From Gammaproteobacteria bacterium (GTDB taxonomy: Bacteria > Pseudomonadota > Gammaproteobacteria > UBA9214), in the NCBI GenBank assembly GCA_020344335.1, contig CP070821.1:2186119-2245597 (forward strand): DNA of 59,479 nt. The letters are read 5' to 3'. Made by a program: the position numbers and the translations under genes. The number at the start of each line of letters is the position of its first letter. Positions within the stretch are counted from its first letter, which is position 1. The notes beneath the pieces were generated by a model. It was not told the origin of the DNA, ran no database searches, and was given only the letters and a program-made list of their open reading frames with translations. This document shows, piece by piece, positions 8,487-18,234 of the stretch.

Positions 8487-8861
8487 CTCTTTTTCGAATA
8501 CACACTGAATTTATACTTAAAGAGTAGACAGTCGCTGATACAGTTTCAAACGTTGAATGGGTTTGCCTCTGCATGACATCCCTCCTTCGTGGCCTGTTCA
8601 CCGCTAACGGCAGGTGCCTGCAGCTGTACGGACAGTTCTACCGGCAGGAATTCGCCGGCAAGAATCACGTTGCATTACATGAAAATGCAGGGGTTTCTAT
8701 ATCCAGTTCAGAAGTCAGTGTCATGTGAACTGCCATTGTTCGCCTGCGGATAGCAGGCAGTGGCCGATTTTCTCACATAAGGACGCGTGCATTCGAAGCA
8801 ACGGAAAATAAACAGCAGCGCAAATGCTGACTACAGCAACAAGCGCCCTGCGTCTGCAATT

Positions 8862-9725
8862 CTAGCTGCCGAGCCGCACAGAGTCCGGGAGAATGATCTC
8901 CATCTCCACCGGCAGGTGATCGGAGAGGGAATAGTTGAGCACCTTGACGCGGTCGACGTGCAGTGTGGGTGTGACCAGGATGTGGTCGATGTTGTGCTGT
9001 GGTCGCCAGCTGGGAAAGGTATCCAGCCCGTGAAACGGTTCGCGCATCATGGTGCGGTTGATCAGGAAATCCATTTCCGCACTGTTTGAATGACAGTTCA
9101 TGTCACCCATCAGGATAACGTGCGGGTATTCATTCACGATCTCGCTGACATAATCGAGCTGTCTCAGGCGGGCTCGCCGACTGAGCGCCAGGTGCAGGAT
9201 CAGTACCACCAGTGATTCCTGCCGGGTGCCGTAGCGTATGAACAGGGCACCGCGGCCGGGGATGCGGCCTGGCAAGCGGTGTTCGATGATCTCGGCCGGG
9301 GAAAAGCGGCTGACAAGGCCGGTGCTGTGTTGCGCGAAGCGCCCGAGGCGACGGTTGGTCTGGTCGTACCAGTAAGAATGACCCGAGCGCTCACTCAGGT
9401 ACTGGGTAAGATTGATGTAACCGCTGCGCAGGCTGCCGGCATCGACCTCTTGCAGACCGATAATGTCGTAATCGCGGATCAGGTGTGCAATTCGGTCAAG
9501 ATTGCTGAACCGCTGGGCATGTGGCAGCACGTGTTTCCAGCTGTGTGTGACGTAATGCCGGTAACGGGCAGTACTGATACCCGCCTGGACGTTATAGCTC
9601 AGTAACCGGATCCGTTGTCCCATAGCCGTGTCTGTACCGCCTGAATGACGTTGCCTAGCCATCTGTCCCGGTGTTGTGGTTTCCAAATAATCGGTCATTC
9701 CCGATGTTCCATTAACTTCGTTCAT
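8862..9725 (-). CDS. Endonuclease/exonuclease/phosphatase (EEP) family protein
   Basis: Matching stretches are RLLSYNVQAGI..., IIGLQEVD, VILMGDMN and the C-terminal SDHLPV. The start is uncertain; an internal Met at 9623 is possible. Confidence 0.82.
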   Translation of the reverse strand: MNEVNGTSGMTDYLETTTPGQMARQRHSGGTDTAMGQRIRLLSYNVQAGISTARYRHYVTHSWKHVLPHAQRFSNLDRIAHLIRDYDIIGLQEVDAGSLRSGYINLTQYLSERSGHSYWYDQTNRRLGRFAQHSTGLVSRFSPAEIIEHRLPGRIPGRGALFIRYGTRQESLVVLILHLALSRRARLRQLDYVSEIVNEYPHVILMGDMNCHSNSAEMDFLINRTMMREPFHGLDTFPSWRPQHNIDHILVTPTLHVDRVKVLNYSLSDHLPVEMEIILPDSVRLGS

Positions 9726-9956
9726 TTAGTGTAGCCCGGCAGCCACCGTGCCATGGTGCGATTTACCTTTAGAATCGGCCGCATCAGGATTTTCTCAACC
9801 CGGGGTCATGGCGCAGGCAGCCGGGGCTGTCAGCATGCTGTTATCAGCAGGTAAACGCCCCGCGGCTTCTATCAGTCAGTCTCTCTAACAGTATAACAAG
9901 GGTCCGTACAACACGGCGTATGCATCAGAGTCCGCATGAACGCTACTGCCTGAACA

Positions 9957-10616
9957 TCACTTGAGTGCTGCAGGCGCCAATGGTGTGCCGGTCGTGCGTT
10001 CCTGTTCGATGAGGTAATCAACAACCTTCAGGATACCGGTTTCGCTACCGGCGAGTTTTCCGGAGGTGCTGAACTTGCCGTTAACAATCAGTGTTGGAAC
10101 ACCGGTAATGGCGTACCTCCGGGTCATCAGTTTCGCATTGTTCATCTTCACCGACACGGCAAACGAATGATAGGCATTCTTGAAATCCGTATCGGACACG
10201 TCATGGGCAACAAAAAATTCCTTGATCTGTTCTTCATTTGTGAACTTCTGTTTCTGTTTATGTATCGCATCAAACATCGCGGCATGCGTCTTGTCGAGGA
10301 CGCCCAGTACTTCTGCCGTGTAGTAGGCCTGTGCCAGCGGTTCCCAGCGCGGCCCGACAATGGCGGGTAACCTGACAAACTCGACATCTTCGGGTTTGTT
10401 CTCCAGCCACTTCTCGATATGCGGCTCCAGGTCGTAGCAATGCGGACAGCCATACCAGAACAGTTCGACCACCTCGATCTTGTCCGTTGTGGATGTCGGC
10501 TGTGGCTTGGAAAGCCGCAGGTAGTTGCTTCCTTCTTTATAGTCCTGCGCGACAGCGGTCACAGCAACGGTGAACGGCAACAACAGGGCAAACAGCAATT
10601 TCAAAAACATCTTCAT
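9957..10616 (-). CDS. dsbA: Periplasmic thiol:disulfide interchange protein DsbA
   Basis: The signal peptide reads MKMFLKLLFALLLPFTVAVTAVAQ and the active site reads FWYGCPHCYDLEP. Confidence 0.9.
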   Translation of the reverse strand: MKMFLKLLFALLLPFTVAVTAVAQDYKEGSNYLRLSKPQPTSTTDKIEVVELFWYGCPHCYDLEPHIEKWLENKPEDVEFVRLPAIVGPRWEPLAQAYYTAEVLGVLDKTHAAMFDAIHKQKQKFTNEEQIKEFFVAHDVSDTDFKNAYHSFAVSVKMNNAKLMTRRYAITGVPTLIVNGKFSTSGKLAGSETGILKVVDYLIEQERTTGTPLAPAALK

Positions 10617-10790
10617 TACACGACTCCGATTTGATCCATACCCGGTCATTGTGCCAGCCGGGGCGGCAGCAATACCGTTTGAACGCGAATACCGTCAGCT
10701 GCGAACAGACTGAAAATCAACACACCCGTGGTTTTCCAGACAATATTTTTCGCCCAGGGTTCACACCGGCGTGTCGCCAGCATTTTTTGG

Positions 10791-11402
10791 CTAGTGCAAG
10801 CCCTGTATATAGGAGGCAACGGCACGGATTTCGCGATTTGTCATGCGGGCTGCCAGGATCTGCATCATCTTCTTGGCATTTTCGTTGACACGCTTGCCTT
10901 CGGAAAAACCATGCAGCTGGATTTCTGTATATTTCGCATGCTGGCCACGCAGGGCGGGATAGCCGGCCGCAGGGTTCCCGGCGCCACTCGGGCCATGACA
11001 GCCCATGCAGGGCGCGACGCCACTGTCGCTGTTGCCGCTCCGGTAGATGCGCTCACCGAATTCCACCAGTTCCGGGTCGGCGCTGCCGATGGTCGGTGTC
11101 TGGCTCATGTAATATGCGGCGATATCCTGGATGTCCTGTCCCGACAGGTTGGCCACCATACCGCTCATGGTCGAGTTCTCACGCTCGCCGTGCTGGAAAT
11201 ATCCAAGCTGCTTGGTGAGATATTTCTCATTCTGTCCGGCAAGTTTCGGCCATTCCGGATTGATGCTGTTGCCATCGATGCCATGACAGGCCGCGCAGCT
11301 GGCTGATTTCGTCTTGCCGGCTTCCGGATCACCTGCAGCTAGGGCCAAACCCGTCGTAGTGGCGATGACCAGGGTTATTGTTATCGCTAACCAGTTTTTC
11401 AT
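10791..11402 (-). CDS. Dihaem cytochrome c4
   Basis: It has a signal peptide and two CxxCH motifs (CAACH, CMGCH) in two repeated class-I domains. It is divergent from engB, as in Pseudomonas. Confidence 0.92.
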   Translation of the reverse strand: MKNWLAITITLVIATTTGLALAAGDPEAGKTKSASCAACHGIDGNSINPEWPKLAGQNEKYLTKQLGYFQHGERENSTMSGMVANLSGQDIQDIAAYYMSQTPTIGSADPELVEFGERIYRSGNSDSGVAPCMGCHGPSGAGNPAAGYPALRGQHAKYTEIQLHGFSEGKRVNENAKKMMQILAARMTNREIRAVASYIQGLH

Positions 11403-11596
11403 GTACGCACTGCTCCTGTGATGTCCCGCCAGGTAGAGAGCATGCCGGGTCGCTCGGGCACCGGCACGCTGGCAAAAAAAGGGTACTTTTTATACCCGCC
11501 ACGGATCGGCGGGTCAACCGCGGTGCCCAGGGTCTGTGTGGATAAAGATGCGGAAACAATGCCACTTTCCAACCGTAATCAAGCCGTGTCTAATGC

Positions 11597-12205
11597 ATGC
11601 CTGTGACGCAGAATCCATATCAACAAGCCGTTTTCCTGCTCGGCACCCCCGACCCGCGCCACGCACCACCGGATAGTGGGACTGAAGTGGCCTTCGCGGG
11701 CCGCTCTAATGCGGGAAAATCGAGTGCACTCAACAGGATAACCGGGCAACGCTCGCTGGCCCGCATCAGCAAGGCGCCCGGGCGAACCCGGGAGATCAAC
11801 TTTTTCCTGGTCCGGGACGACCGGCGCCTGGTCGATCTTCCCGGCTATGGATATGCGAAGGTCTCGAAATCCGTGCAGCGGCAGTGGGAACACAACATTG
11901 CCCGCTATCTAGAGACCCGGCGATCGCTGGCCGGTGTGATACTTGTAATGGACGTGCGTCACCCGCTGAAGGCCTTCGATCAGCAGTTGCTGCGGTGGTG
12001 CCGTGCCGCAGGCCTGCGTGCCCACATCCTGCTCACCAAGGCAGACAAGCTGAAGCGGGGTCCGGCCCAGTCGACCCTGCTTGCCGTGCGCCGCGACCTC
12101 GACGATCTGCACCCGGACTGCAGCGTGCAATTGTTCTCGTCACTGAAGGGAACCGGTGTCGAGACGGCCCGTGCGGTACTGAATGACTGGCTGAACCTGG
12201 CATGA
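11597..12205 (+). CDS. engB: Ribosome-biogenesis GTPase EngB/YihA
   Basis: The P-loop is GRSNAGKSSALN, followed by DLPGYGYA and LTKADK. Confidence 0.93.
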   Translation: MPVTQNPYQQAVFLLGTPDPRHAPPDSGTEVAFAGRSNAGKSSALNRITGQRSLARISKAPGRTREINFFLVRDDRRLVDLPGYGYAKVSKSVQRQWEHNIARYLETRRSLAGVILVMDVRHPLKAFDQQLLRWCRAAGLRAHILLTKADKLKRGPAQSTLLAVRRDLDDLHPDCSVQLFSSLKGTGVETARAVLNDWLNLA

Positions 12206-12342
12206 ACCGGCAAGGCATGCCATGACGAGGCTCTCCATACTTTGGAATTGAACATAATTAAAGAAAATTAGCGACATTTTGCTTATTTTCATGAAATTTC
12301 ACCACATTTCAGTGAATTGCAAATTCTGAATCACATGCCGTG

Positions 12343-12457
12343 CAAAAAAAACCCGGCAAGGGGGAACAAGCCGGGTTAGTAAAAGTACCCGATCTGCGGA
12401 CCGGGTAGGAGGAATGCCCGCTCAGGGAGGGGAGCGGGTAAGCACCGAAGTGCTCGA
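12343..12457 (-). ncRNA. Candidate sRNA of about 115 nt in the polA-engB spacer (Spot 42/ErsA syntenic position)
   Basis: It runs from a sigmaE-type promoter to a strong terminator. Predicted hairpins are GAGCAC-UUCG-GUGCUU, CCCGCU...AGCGGG and ACCCGG...UCGGGU. The single-stranded stretches are CAUUCCUCCUA (anti-Shine-Dalgarno-like) and ACUUUUACUA. No credible ORF is present. Confidence 0.5.
12344..12377 (-). terminator. Rho-independent terminator at the end of the sRNA candidate
   Basis: The minus strand reads AACCCGGC-(12-nt loop)-GCCGGGTT followed by TTTTTTT. Confidence 0.85.
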
Positions 12458-12461
12458 TTAG

Positions 12462-12488
12462 TATGACTGACAAGTCGCGGAAAAGTTC
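12462..12488 (-). promoter_or_regulatory. SigmaE/AlgU-type promoter candidate, GAACTT-N16-TCATA
   Basis: On the minus strand GAACTT lies at 12488-12483, followed by a 16-nt spacer and TCATA at 12466-12462. The known consensus is GAACTT-N16/17-TCnnA. Confidence 0.4.
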
Positions 12489-12639
12489 ACCACACAAGCG
12501 GGGGTGGACTCACCCAGATCTAAAACCCAACTGGATCAACAGGTCGGACCTTGTCCGATATGCCAGGCGCTCCCGGGTAATCCGGTTTTTGTAACAACCC
12601 GGTGGCGGGATTCCCGACAACACTGCTCCTTTTGGTGCT

Positions 12640-15360
12640 TTAGTGGGCCTCGTCCCAGTTGCTGCCGGTACCGATATCGACCAGCAGGGGGACTGTCAGC
12701 TCGGCCGCACCGGTCATGCACTCCCTGATCGGAGTCTTCACCGCTTCCACATCGGCCACAGCGACCTCGAACACCAATTCGTCGTGCACCTGCATGATCA
12801 TGGTTATTGCATGGGCCGATTGCGAAGTGATCCATTCATGCAGGGCCAGCATCGCACGCTTGATAATGTCTGCAGCTGTCCCCTGCATCGGCGCATTGAT
12901 GGCCGTGCGTTCCGCTGCCTGGCGCCGCTGGGCATTGCGCGCCAGGATATCCGGCAGGTACAAACGGCGGCCGAACACGGTCTCCACGAAACCCTGTTCA
13001 CGAGCCTGTTCACGGGTGTTTTCCATGTACGCATGCACACCGGGATAGCGTTCGAAGTACAAATCGATGTACTCCTGGGCCGCGCCGCGGGCAATACCCA
13101 GCTGGCGTGCCAGCCCGAATGCGGACATGCCGTAGATCAGTCCGAAATTGATGGCCTTGGCGGAGCGCCGCTGGTCGGCTGTCACCGCCTCCGGTGCCAC
13201 CCCGAAGACTTCCGCGGCCGTGGCCCGGTGGACATCGGCCCCGGCAGCAAACGCGGCCAGCAGGCCGGCATCCGAGGACAGGTGAGCCATGATTCGCAGC
13301 TCGATCTGGGAATAGTCGGCAGCCAGCAACATACAGCCCTCCCGGGCCACGAATGCCTGGCGGATACGCCGCCCTTCCTCGGTACGTACCGGGATGTTTT
13401 GCAGGTTCGGATCCGAGGAGGACAGCCGCCCGGTTGCGGCCACAGCCTGATGGTAGGAGGTATGCACCCGGCCGGTGTCCGGGTTAACCTGCTCCGGGAG
13501 CTTGTCGGTGTAGGTGGACTTCAGCTTGCTGAAGCTGCGCCAGTCGAGGATCAGGCGCGGCAGCGGGTAATCCAGCGCCAGCTCGGTGAGCACCGACTCC
13601 GCCGTTGACGGCTGTCCCTTCGGGGTTTTCGCCAGCACCGGCAGTTGCAGCTTGTCGAACAGGATTGCCTGGATCTGCTTGGGCGACCCCAGGTTGAACG
13701 GCTGGCCCGCCTCGCGATGTGCTTCCTGCTCGATCTCGAGGATGCGCCGGGCAAGTTCCTCGCTTTGTTGCGCGAGCATGTTGGTATCGATCGCCACGCC
13801 GGCTTGTTCCATGTCTGACAGCACCCTAACCAGCGGCAGCTCGATCTCGTTGTAGATTTTTTCGAGCGCCGGTTGCGCCACCAGCTGCGGCCACATGGCC
13901 TCGTGCAGGCGCAGGGTAATATCGGCATCCTCCGCTGCATAGGGTGCTGCGGCCTCGATCGGCACCTCGTTGAAACCCAGCTGCTTGGCCCCCTTACCGG
14001 CCACGTCCTCGTACTTGATGGTCTTGTGGTCGAGGTATTTCAGTGCAACCGAATCCATGTCGTGGCGGGTTGCAGTACTGTCCAGTACATAGGACTCCAG
14101 CATGCTGTCGAAACGGATTCCTGAAAGTTTAATATTATGATTTGCCAACACATTACGGTCATATTTAAGGTGATGACCAATTTTATATAGGTCCGTACTT
14201 TCAAGCAATGGACGCAATCGGGCAAGCACCGCATCGCGGTCCAGCTGCACCGGGGCGCCGGGATAGTCATGCGCCAGCGGGACATAGGCGGCCGCACCGG
14301 GTGTTACCGCAAACGACACGCCGACGATGCGCGCAGCCACGTAGTCCAGGCTGGTGGTCTCGGTATCAAAGGCAAACTGGCCGGCTGATTCGAGGCGCTC
14401 AAACCAGTGATCAAGCTGCGCCTCGGTAAGGATGGTCTCGTACTGCACCGCGGGCGTGGCTGCTGCATCCGCATCTGGTGGCGGTGAATCGCCCTCCATC
14501 TCCTCCAGCCAGCGCCGGAATTCCAGCTGCCGGTACCAGTCGCGCAGCGTCTCGCTATCCGCCGGGACGGGACGCAGGTCCCGGACACCGGTCTCCAGCT
14601 CAACGGCACGATCAATGGTAACCAGCCAGCGCGACAGTTCCAGGGTCTCGAGATTGTCGCGCAGGTTTTCCCCGACCTTGCCCTTGATCTCAGCCGCATG
14701 CGCAATCACGCCATCTAGTGAGCCGTAGCTATCCAGCCACTTGGCAGCCGTCTTGGGTCCGACCTTGGGGATGCCGGGGATGTTGTCCGAGCTGTCGCCG
14801 GTCAGCGCCAGCAGGTCGATAATACACTCCGGCGGTACACCGAACTTCGTCTTCACGCCCTCCACGTCCAGCGCTGTGGGCGGACGGTCCATGGTATTCA
14901 CCAGGCTGACGTGCGTATCCACCAGTTGTGCCATGTCCTTGTCGCCGGTCGAGATCACTGTTTCCATGCCGGCGGCCGAGGCCTGGCTGGCCAGTGTTCC
15001 GATCACGTCGTCCGCCTCCACGCCCGGTACCTGCAGCAACGGCAGTCCCAGTGCGCTGACCAGGGCATGCAGGGGCTCGATCTGGACGGTGAGCTCTTCC
15101 GGCATGGGCGGGCGATTGGCCTTGTACTCCGGATAACGTTCGTGCCGGAAGGTCTTGCCGCGCGCGTCGAACACCACGGCCATGTAGTCCGGCTGGTATT
15201 CCTTCAGCAGGCTGCGCAGCATATTGATGACTCCATAGACCGCACCCGTCGGCATGCCGTCCTTCGTCGTCAGGCGCTGCAGGTTGGGCACATGGAATGC
15301 CCGGTACAGGTAGGACGATCCGTCCACCAACAGCAGGGACTTGGTTTTACTTTCGGTCAT
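12640..15360 (-). CDS. polA: DNA polymerase I
   Basis: The 906-aa product has a 5'-3' exonuclease N-terminus (LLLVDGSSYLYRAFH), a 3'-5' exonuclease domain and polymerase motifs (DYSQIELR, QVHDEL). Confidence 0.97.
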   Translation of the reverse strand: MTESKTKSLLLVDGSSYLYRAFHVPNLQRLTTKDGMPTGAVYGVINMLRSLLKEYQPDYMAVVFDARGKTFRHERYPEYKANRPPMPEELTVQIEPLHALVSALGLPLLQVPGVEADDVIGTLASQASAAGMETVISTGDKDMAQLVDTHVSLVNTMDRPPTALDVEGVKTKFGVPPECIIDLLALTGDSSDNIPGIPKVGPKTAAKWLDSYGSLDGVIAHAAEIKGKVGENLRDNLETLELSRWLVTIDRAVELETGVRDLRPVPADSETLRDWYRQLEFRRWLEEMEGDSPPPDADAAATPAVQYETILTEAQLDHWFERLESAGQFAFDTETTSLDYVAARIVGVSFAVTPGAAAYVPLAHDYPGAPVQLDRDAVLARLRPLLESTDLYKIGHHLKYDRNVLANHNIKLSGIRFDSMLESYVLDSTATRHDMDSVALKYLDHKTIKYEDVAGKGAKQLGFNEVPIEAAAPYAAEDADITLRLHEAMWPQLVAQPALEKIYNEIELPLVRVLSDMEQAGVAIDTNMLAQQSEELARRILEIEQEAHREAGQPFNLGSPKQIQAILFDKLQLPVLAKTPKGQPSTAESVLTELALDYPLPRLILDWRSFSKLKSTYTDKLPEQVNPDTGRVHTSYHQAVAATGRLSSSDPNLQNIPVRTEEGRRIRQAFVAREGCMLLAADYSQIELRIMAHLSSDAGLLAAFAAGADVHRATAAEVFGVAPEAVTADQRRSAKAINFGLIYGMSAFGLARQLGIARGAAQEYIDLYFERYPGVHAYMENTREQAREQGFVETVFGRRLYLPDILARNAQRRQAAERTAINAPMQGTAADIIKRAMLALHEWITSQSAHAITMIMQVHDELVFEVAVADVEAVKTPIRECMTGAAELTVPLLVDIGTGSNWDEAH

Positions 15361-15571
15361 CCGGACACGTTATGGCTGATTAGCTGTTAGATTACGGTTA
15401 GTTACCGCGACATTGCGGGTGAACATGGTATCATCAATATTGTATCTTTTTTCCCGCGCACAAAACGCGCTGCTCGCAGGAAAGCAGCAACGGTTGCCAA
15501 GGTGAGCGGCTGCCCTGACCGATACAAAAGACCAAACAGACAGGACCCTGCACAACCGAATACACAAACTC

Positions 15572-16297
15572 ATGACTGATCATAGCCCGCCCAAGCATCA
15601 CGGCATGCTGCCCAAGAACGACACCCAGCTGACGCGTGAGTCCTGGAAGATTTTCCAGATCATGGCGGAATTCGTGGAAGGCTTTGAGCGGCTGGCCCAC
15701 ATCAAGCCTTCCGTCAGTGTATTCGGTTCGGCACGTACCACCACCGACCACCCGCATTACCGGCTCGCCGAGGACATCTCCCGGGCGCTGTCCGATGCCG
15801 GATTTGCTGTGGTCAGCGGAGGCGGACCGGGAATCATGGAGGCCACCAACAAGGGTGCATTTGCCGGCAAGTCACCCAGCATCGGCCTCAACATCCAGTT
15901 ACCCAACGAGCAGGCCGGCAACGAGTTTCAGGATATCAGTCTGAACTTCAGGCACTTCTTCTCACGCAAGGTCATGTTCGTGAAGTATGCCTCTGCCTAT
16001 GTCGTGCTGCCGGGTGGCTTCAGTACACTCGATGAGCTCGCCGAGATTCTTACGCTGGTACAGACCGGCAAGACCCGACGCATTCCCATCATCCTGGTCA
16101 AGTCAGGATTCTGGCAAGGGCTGCTGGACTGGTTCGGCAACACGCTGGTCCAGGAAGGGACGATCTCGGCAGAGGACCTCAACCTGTTTCGGGTACTCGA
16201 CGAGCCGGAAGAAGTCGTCAATGCCATCTTTGATTACTATGAGCGCATCAGCTTCGAGCCCTCTGCGCAGGAACGGGAAAAACTGATGGAGCTTTGA
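15572..16297 (+). CDS. LOG family / TIGR00730-type nucleotide-binding protein
   Basis: Matching stretches are VFGSAR, SGGGPGIMEA and PGGFSTLDELAE. The last is a variant of the canonical PGGxGTxxE motif. Confidence 0.86.
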   Translation: MTDHSPPKHHGMLPKNDTQLTRESWKIFQIMAEFVEGFERLAHIKPSVSVFGSARTTTDHPHYRLAEDISRALSDAGFAVVSGGGPGIMEATNKGAFAGKSPSIGLNIQLPNEQAGNEFQDISLNFRHFFSRKVMFVKYASAYVVLPGGFSTLDELAEILTLVQTGKTRRIPIILVKSGFWQGLLDWFGNTLVQEGTISAEDLNLFRVLDEPEEVVNAIFDYYERISFEPSAQEREKLMEL

Positions 16298-16315
16298 TCA
16301 ACCGGAAGGATAACC

Positions 16316-16654
16316 ATGTTCAGACTGCTGTTCACACTGTTACTGCTCGCACCACTCAACATCCCGGCGGAAGCACCGCCACCACCGGAACCGGTACCCG
16401 ACGCGCCGCCGCCGGTACCGACCGGTATTGACCCGGCCGAGGAATTCGAGCCGGAGGTCAAGATCATCAAGCGCACCGAATCGACCGTCTATGAATACAG
16501 CATCAAGGGCCAGGTCTACCTGGTCAAGATCGTACCGCGTGTCGGATATCCCTACTACCTGATGGATACGGACGGTGACGGCTCGCTTGAGTCGCGCTAC
16601 AACAAACTGGAACCGGATCTCGTGGTACCCAACTGGATGATCTACCGCTGGTAA
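16316..16654 (+). CDS. Small secreted proline-rich protein (DUF2782-like), syntenic with the ORF between polA and thrB in Pseudomonas
   Basis: It has a signal peptide, MFRLLFTLLLLAPLNIPAEA, a PPPPEPVPDAPPPVP stretch and a conserved C-terminal YYLMDTDGDG...PNWMIYRW. Confidence 0.72.
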   Translation: MFRLLFTLLLLAPLNIPAEAPPPPEPVPDAPPPVPTGIDPAEEFEPEVKIIKRTESTVYEYSIKGQVYLVKIVPRVGYPYYLMDTDGDGSLESRYNKLEPDLVVPNWMIYRW

Positions 16655-16698
16655 TGCGCTAAAAGTTATCCGCTTGACAAACACCCTGACTTAACAGC

Positions 16699-17661
16699 AT
16701 GTCCGTCTTTACGACAGTCGAGCAGGATGAGCTTGTCGGTTTCCTGCGGCATTATGATGTCGGTGAACTGGTGGCACACGAAGGCATCAGCGACGGCATC
16801 GTGAACACCAACTACTTCGTTACAACAGACCGGCAGCGCATGGTACTGACTCTGTTCGAGACCCACACCCACGACGAGATGGGTTACTTCCTGAACCTGA
16901 TGGCGCACCTCGCAGAACATGAAATACCGAGTGCCCATCCGGTACCTGACTCTGATGGTCGCTACCTGCGCACGCTGAACTGCAAGCCTGCCGTACTGGT
17001 CGCACGTCTGGACGGCAAAAGTCTCGAACACCCGACAATCGAACAATGTGCCATGCTGGGTGCCACACTGGCCCGGTTGCATATCGCCGGCAGTGACTTC
17101 CCCGGGCATCGTGACAATGACCGGGGCCACGACTGGCGTATGCACACCGCCGTAAAACTCGCTGCGCATCTTGATCCGGATGCCGCAGCCATGCTGCGCG
17201 CAGAAGCATGCTATCAGGATGCACACCGGTTCAGCGACCTGCCCCGCGGCGTGATCCATGCCGATCTGTTTCGCGATAATGTGTTGTGGCATGCAGGTGA
17301 ACTGAGCGGCATCATCGATTTCTACTATGCTTGCAATGATTCCTGGTTGTATGACATCGCAGTTGCTGTCAATGACTGGTGTGTAACCGGCGACGGCTCA
17401 CTTGACACTCAACGAGTTGAAGCATTAACCGGTGCATATCATGATGTACGCAAAATCACGAAATCGGAAGCCACTGCCTGGCCAACGGTACTGCGTGCCG
17501 CAGCCCTGCGCTTCTGGCTGTCACGGCTGCATGACCGGTTCTTCCCGCGCCCGGGCGAGAGCGTACTTCGCAAGGATCCGACTGTGTTTGAACACATCCT
17601 GCAGCAACGTATCGCCAACGGTGAACCGCTGCTATTGCAAAGCACTTGCATACCTGTCTGA
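16699..17661 (+). CDS. thrB: Homoserine kinase (ThrB, APH-fold Pseudomonas type)
   Basis: The N-terminus reads MSVFTTVEQDELVGFLRHYDVGEL...GIVNTNYFV and the kinase motif reads IHADLFRDNVL. Confidence 0.9.
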   Translation: MSVFTTVEQDELVGFLRHYDVGELVAHEGISDGIVNTNYFVTTDRQRMVLTLFETHTHDEMGYFLNLMAHLAEHEIPSAHPVPDSDGRYLRTLNCKPAVLVARLDGKSLEHPTIEQCAMLGATLARLHIAGSDFPGHRDNDRGHDWRMHTAVKLAAHLDPDAAAMLRAEACYQDAHRFSDLPRGVIHADLFRDNVLWHAGELSGIIDFYYACNDSWLYDIAVAVNDWCVTGDGSLDTQRVEALTGAYHDVRKITKSEATAWPTVLRAAALRFWLSRLHDRFFPRPGESVLRKDPTVFEHILQQRIANGEPLLLQSTCIPV

Positions 17662-18209
17662 TGCTTGAAAAGCTCGAACAACTTGCGCGTCTTGTCGACA
17701 CCCTGTCCGAACATACCGGGCGCGCAATCTCCTGGCTGACACTGGCCACAGTCATTGTCACCTTTACGGTGGTAATCCTGCGATATGTCTTCGATACCGG
17801 CTCGATTGCACTGCAGGAATCGGTTACCTACCTGCATGCATTGGTGTTCATGCTGGGTGCAGCCTATACCCTGAAACACGACGGACACGTGCGCGTGGAT
17901 ATCTTCTATCAGCGGCTGACGGAACGTGGCAGGGCCTGGATCAATCTCGCCGGTACCCTGATGCTGTTGCTACCGGTCTGCCTGTTTATCCTGCTTGCCA
18001 GCATCGAGTATGTAGGCAATGCATGGTCCATACTGGAAGGTTCCCAGGAGGCCGGCGGACTGGATGCTGTTTTCCTGTTGAAAACCCTGATCCCCGTCAT
18101 GGCCGTGCTGCTGCTGATGCAGGGCATATCGATATGCCTGCACAGCATCTTGCTGCTGAGGGGTGCGCCGTCTGACACAACGGAAACCGGTCCGGGCCAC
18201 GAGCTGTGA
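17661..18209 (+). CDS. TRAP transporter small permease (DctQ family)
   Basis: The product has four hydrophobic segments. Its ATG shares one base with the thrB TGA (TGATG); an alternative ATG lies at 17646. Confidence 0.82.
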   Translation: MLEKLEQLARLVDTLSEHTGRAISWLTLATVIVTFTVVILRYVFDTGSIALQESVTYLHALVFMLGAAYTLKHDGHVRVDIFYQRLTERGRAWINLAGTLMLLLPVCLFILLASIEYVGNAWSILEGSQEAGGLDAVFLLKTLIPVMAVLLLMQGISICLHSILLLRGAPSDTTETGPGHEL

Positions 18210-18234
18210 TATTAGCCTGCGGGAACCTGCCGTC

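Noticed and set aside
12536-12639. A small TTG-initiated 36-codon ORF with an AAGGAG Shine-Dalgarno sequence lies just downstream of polA.
   Set aside because: The peptide has no recognisable features. The region is more simply explained as the polA 3' UTR preceding the sRNA promoter.
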